Below, piece by piece: positions 25,308 to 28,327 of a stretch of 28,327 bases of DNA. The notes under the pieces were generated by a model. That model saw nothing but the letters and a program-made list of their open reading frames with translations, did not search any database and was not told the DNA's origin. The stretch comes from Candidatus Hydrogenedentota bacterium. GTDB lineage: Bacteria > Hydrogenedentota > Hydrogenedentia > Hydrogenedentales > SLHB01. Where the stretch lies: positions 1-28,327 of the forward strand of contig JARKSN010000087.1 in NCBI GenBank assembly GCA_029974275.1. The letters are read 5' to 3'. How positions within the stretch are numbered: the stretch's first letter is position 1; every line of letters begins with the position of its first letter. The translations under genes were made by a program, and so were the position numbers.

Positions 25308-26219
25308 ATGGGCATCCAACGCGTCACATCGCGGATGATGACCGAGCGCACATTGAACGCCTTGAGCGATCAGGTCCGCCGGCTGATGAAACTGCAGGAC
25401 CAACTGTCGACCCAACGGCGCATCACAACGCCATCGGACGATCCCATCGGGACGCAACGCGCCGTGAACGTGCGCACCATTCTCGCCAAAAACAAACAAT
25501 ACAGCGCGAGCATCACGAACATGGAGCCGCTACTGGACGAAACCGATACGGCCATCATGACCGCCAACGCCGCCCTCGGACGCGTCCGGGAATTGACCTT
25601 GCAAGGAGCCAACAGCACCAACGCCCAGAGCCAGCTCGACGCCATCGCCAACGAAATCAACCAACTGCTGGAAACCGTCTTTTCAACGGCCAACCACATC
25701 ACCGACGGACGCTACATCTTTGCCGGCACGCGCAGTTCCCAAGCGGCCTTCACGGCGACGCGCCACGCCAACGGCGAAATCGCATCCGTCGCTTACCAAG
25801 GCAACGAAGAAAAGATCCGAATCGCCACCGGCGACCAACAAACGGTTGTTATCAACGAAAACGGGCAGGCCGTGTTTCGCAACGGCGAAGACACGTTCCA
25901 AACCCTGATCGGCATTCGCGACGATCTGCGAGCGGGCAATATCACAAACCTGCAAAACACCCGTCTCGCCGCGCTCGATACATGCCGCGACCACCTTCTG
26001 CGCGCCGTCGCCCGAGTCGGATCCGTGCAAAACCAACTTGCCGCCGCCCAAACCGAAATCGAAGAATTCAACCTCGGCTACCAAAAACTTCTGTCCAACG
26101 CCATCGACGTCGACTACGCAGAAGTCGTGGTGAACCTCAACACCCAAACCAGCGCCTATCAAGCCGCCCTCAACGCGGCAAGCCGCATCCTGCAACCCAG
26201 TCTTCTCGATTATATCTAG
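25308..26219 (+). CDS. flgL: Flagellar hook-associated protein 3 FlgL
   Basis: RVT...QLSTQRRITTPSDDP, GRYIFAGT, YQGN and DVDYAE...AYQAAL.AASRILQPSLLDYI. Confidence 0.93.
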   Translation: MGIQRVTSRMMTERTLNALSDQVRRLMKLQDQLSTQRRITTPSDDPIGTQRAVNVRTILAKNKQYSASITNMEPLLDETDTAIMTANAALGRVRELTLQGANSTNAQSQLDAIANEINQLLETVFSTANHITDGRYIFAGTRSSQAAFTATRHANGEIASVAYQGNEEKIRIATGDQQTVVINENGQAVFRNGEDTFQTLIGIRDDLRAGNITNLQNTRLAALDTCRDHLLRAVARVGSVQNQLAAAQTEIEEFNLGYQKLLSNAIDVDYAEVVVNLNTQTSAYQAALNAASRILQPSLLDYI

Positions 26220-26260
26220 ACAAGATGCAGTGGCGTCGCAGCCGCCAACGACACGCCCGC

Positions 26261-26300
26261 AAAATGGAAAGGGGCCGCATCCACGCGCATGCGGCCCCCT
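26261..26300 (-). terminator. Intrinsic terminator between the convergent flgL and hypothetical gene
   Basis: 10-bp stem GGGGCCGCAT/ATGCGGCCCC (26271-26298) with a TTTCCATTTT tail on the minus strand; may act in both directions. Confidence 0.75.
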
Positions 26301-26325
26301 GTTGCGATCGAAGCATTCCCTTCCG

Positions 26326-28146
26326 CTATAGCGAATCGAACACCCGCTGGAACGGCGTCTGGGTCGTCTGGACCTCTTCCTTCTGCGCCAACATGCGGAT
26401 GGTGTCCTGATAGCCCGCCACCCGCGCCACAACAACCTGATCCTCGATCTGCTTTTGCATGATCGTTGGCAGGTTCTCGATGAATGCGTAGCGCGGCGTC
26501 GGCCCCGAATCGGGAGCCCGCTCATACGCGCCGATATTCTTGCCATCAAGCGTGCGGTAATAAACGCTCCAATTGCCGTTCATCACGCATTCCGCCCACT
26601 TCAACCACGTGCTGCCATAACGATCGGTCACCGGAATGCGGGCAAAGAAATACTCGCGCTTGCCCGATATCTCCAGCTCGCTAAGGTAGAGCGACGTGTA
26701 CTCAGCCAACAGTTGCGGATCCACCCATTTCGCCGAAGCCACCTTGCTCTTGAGCTGATCGACCGCCGCAACGCGGCCTTCGTAATTGTACTTCTTGGGC
26801 GTCAAGGGAATGCTCTCCCTGACGGTGACGGCCAGCCGCTCCACGTCGGCCGCCAAGGCGTCCCGCGTAGCTTGGCTGCGATCGTTGGCTTCGGCCAAGC
26901 GACCGACCAAACCCTGCAATCGTTCCACCTCCGACTCAAGGCCGTCCCGCCGAGCGCGCACGATGGAACTTTGGTTGACGAGTTCCTCGAACTTCTGCTG
27001 ATTCGAGGCGAATTCCTCGTTCAACGACTCGATTTTTCCGCGAAGAGCCGCCTGCTCCTCGCCCAACTGCGCGCATTCCGTCTTGACCGCATCGCGCTGG
27101 GAAGTCAGCTCGGCGATTTCCGTGTTGATGATGTCACGATCCTCGATCAACTTGCTCATCGCCTCCGGCGAAAGATCGACGCCTTCGGGGGGCTTGTTTT
27201 TGACCACTTTCGCCAAGTCCGCTTCAAGACTACTGACCTTTTTCCGCAATTCGTCGGCTTGTTTCACGGCCGGGTTCAAGGCGTCCGGCAGAAACGATAG
27301 CTTGGGAGCCATCGACGTGCCCGACAGCACGCCTACCAGCAGACCTATTATCAGCGTGATAATCCCCACCAAAACCGCCGCGCCCGCGGCCATGCCTCCC
27401 TTGGCTCGGGGCTTTTTCTTGGCCTCAATCTCGGTTCCAGGCTGGGGCGTAGCGGAAACGCCGGCCATCGTGTCCGGCGAAAAATCCGGAATGGGCGTGC
27501 CTTCCCCGAAACTGGGAGGCGCGCTGGGCATCGTCCCAAACGCGCCATCATCAAAACCAAACTGATCGCTAAACCCAGGGGCCGCCGCGCTATCCTGGGG
27601 CCTCACGCCAAACATCGGCGTTTCCATGGCCTGCGTCGGCGCCGAAGTGTCCGGCGCCCCCAGATTGCTTGTCCCCCCGCCAAACGCACTATCAAACATC
27701 GGCGTGTCAAGGTCCGAATCCGGCCCCGGACCAATCTCCGGCGTCTCCGGCGTGAAATCACTGTCCGCTGCTTGGTTTTGATAACCGCCGCGCCCGCGCG
27801 GATGCTCGGGCGTGCGCAGATTGGAATCGGTGATCGGCGTATCGAACATGGGGGTGTCCTCGAATTGCGGCGGCGCAGGACGAACATTCCCCCCTGTCGG
27901 CACGGGAGTCTCGACTGGAATATCGCTGATCGGCGGCAATCCGCCAAAGCCCCCCGGAACCCCGCTGTCCGATTCAAACGCCCCCATCGGCGGCATGGAA
28001 CCGGGCGCGCTTCCCCCTGCGGAGGAATCAAAGTCGCTCAACGGAGGCAGATTGCCCAAACCGCTGTCGCTGATAAAGCCTTGCTCGGGCTCTCCGGGTT
28101 CGTGCCTCTTGGAACCCTTGTCTTTCCCTTGGGAATCATCGGCCAT
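26326..28146 (-). CDS. Hypothetical single-pass membrane protein: acidic Pro/Gly-rich N-terminus, TM helix, coiled coil, C-terminal globular domain
   Basis: Long ORF; start at ATG 28146 after GGAGG; TM AVLVGIITLIIGLLVGVL preceded by KKKPRAK; heptad-rich region follows. Confidence 0.85.
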   Translation of the reverse strand: MADDSQGKDKGSKRHEPGEPEQGFISDSGLGNLPPLSDFDSSAGGSAPGSMPPMGAFESDSGVPGGFGGLPPISDIPVETPVPTGGNVRPAPPQFEDTPMFDTPITDSNLRTPEHPRGRGGYQNQAADSDFTPETPEIGPGPDSDLDTPMFDSAFGGGTSNLGAPDTSAPTQAMETPMFGVRPQDSAAAPGFSDQFGFDDGAFGTMPSAPPSFGEGTPIPDFSPDTMAGVSATPQPGTEIEAKKKPRAKGGMAAGAAVLVGIITLIIGLLVGVLSGTSMAPKLSFLPDALNPAVKQADELRKKVSSLEADLAKVVKNKPPEGVDLSPEAMSKLIEDRDIINTEIAELTSQRDAVKTECAQLGEEQAALRGKIESLNEEFASNQQKFEELVNQSSIVRARRDGLESEVERLQGLVGRLAEANDRSQATRDALAADVERLAVTVRESIPLTPKKYNYEGRVAAVDQLKSKVASAKWVDPQLLAEYTSLYLSELEISGKREYFFARIPVTDRYGSTWLKWAECVMNGNWSVYYRTLDGKNIGAYERAPDSGPTPRYAFIENLPTIMQKQIEDQVVVARVAGYQDTIRMLAQKEEVQTTQTPFQRVFDSL

Positions 28147-28203
28147 GGGCCCTACCTCCGTGCCTGAGTAAATCCCGACTGGACACACTCTTACCGTTGC
28201 CGC

Positions 28204-28232
28204 ATTCTATCACTATGCCGCGGCCTTGTCAA
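28204..28232 (-). promoter_or_regulatory. Near-consensus sigma70 promoter
   Basis: Minus strand TTGACA-N17-TAGAAT with an extended -10 TG, about 55 nt upstream of the ATG. Confidence 0.75.
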
Positions 28233-28327
28233 GAAAACTCCCGAAACGATCGCATTACATGGCCGAGGGAAATTCTGCATGGGAATAGCCATCGCTAATG
28301 TCTTTGTAGCGCCCGGTCTCTGTGCCG

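Noticed and set aside
1..28327. CRISPR arrays, tRNA/rRNA genes, transposases, integrases or phage genes
   Set aside because: No regularly spaced repeats, cloverleaf signatures or mobile-element protein motifs were seen on reading.

Overview
GC-rich bacterial chromosomal window; no mobile element, tRNA, rRNA or CRISPR array was seen. (1) 1-6965, minus strand, running off the left edge: a tightly coupled lipid/polyketide-type cluster encoding ACP, an AcpS-type PPTase, a hot-dog thioesterase, FabF, a DarB/StlD-like KAS III, an atypical FabD-like acyltransferase, 3-hydroxyacyl-CoA dehydrogenase, a degenerate crotonase, a degenerate second AcpS-like protein and a second crotonase. Several of these enzymes have non-canonical active-site motifs, and no FabG/FabZ or DarA is visible. 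This cluster is the best candidate for an undescribed system. (2) A TMTC-like membrane/TPR protein and a GH29 alpha-L-fucosidase. (3) A fluoride riboswitch ahead of crcB/fluC, a DUF190-CBS protein and an MFS transporter. (4) A Gfo/Idh/MocA oxidoreductase, an M28 peptidase and gmd. (5) nrfH-nrfA, with the CXXCH (His) variant at heme 1. (6) A flagellar operon flgFGAHIJ-flgN-flgL with a sigma54-type promoter, a long structured leader, an internal sigma28-type promoter, and no flgM or flgK. (7) A membrane-anchored coiled-coil protein with a repetitive acidic/Pro-rich N-terminus. All assignments come from motif recognition by eye; no searches were run.
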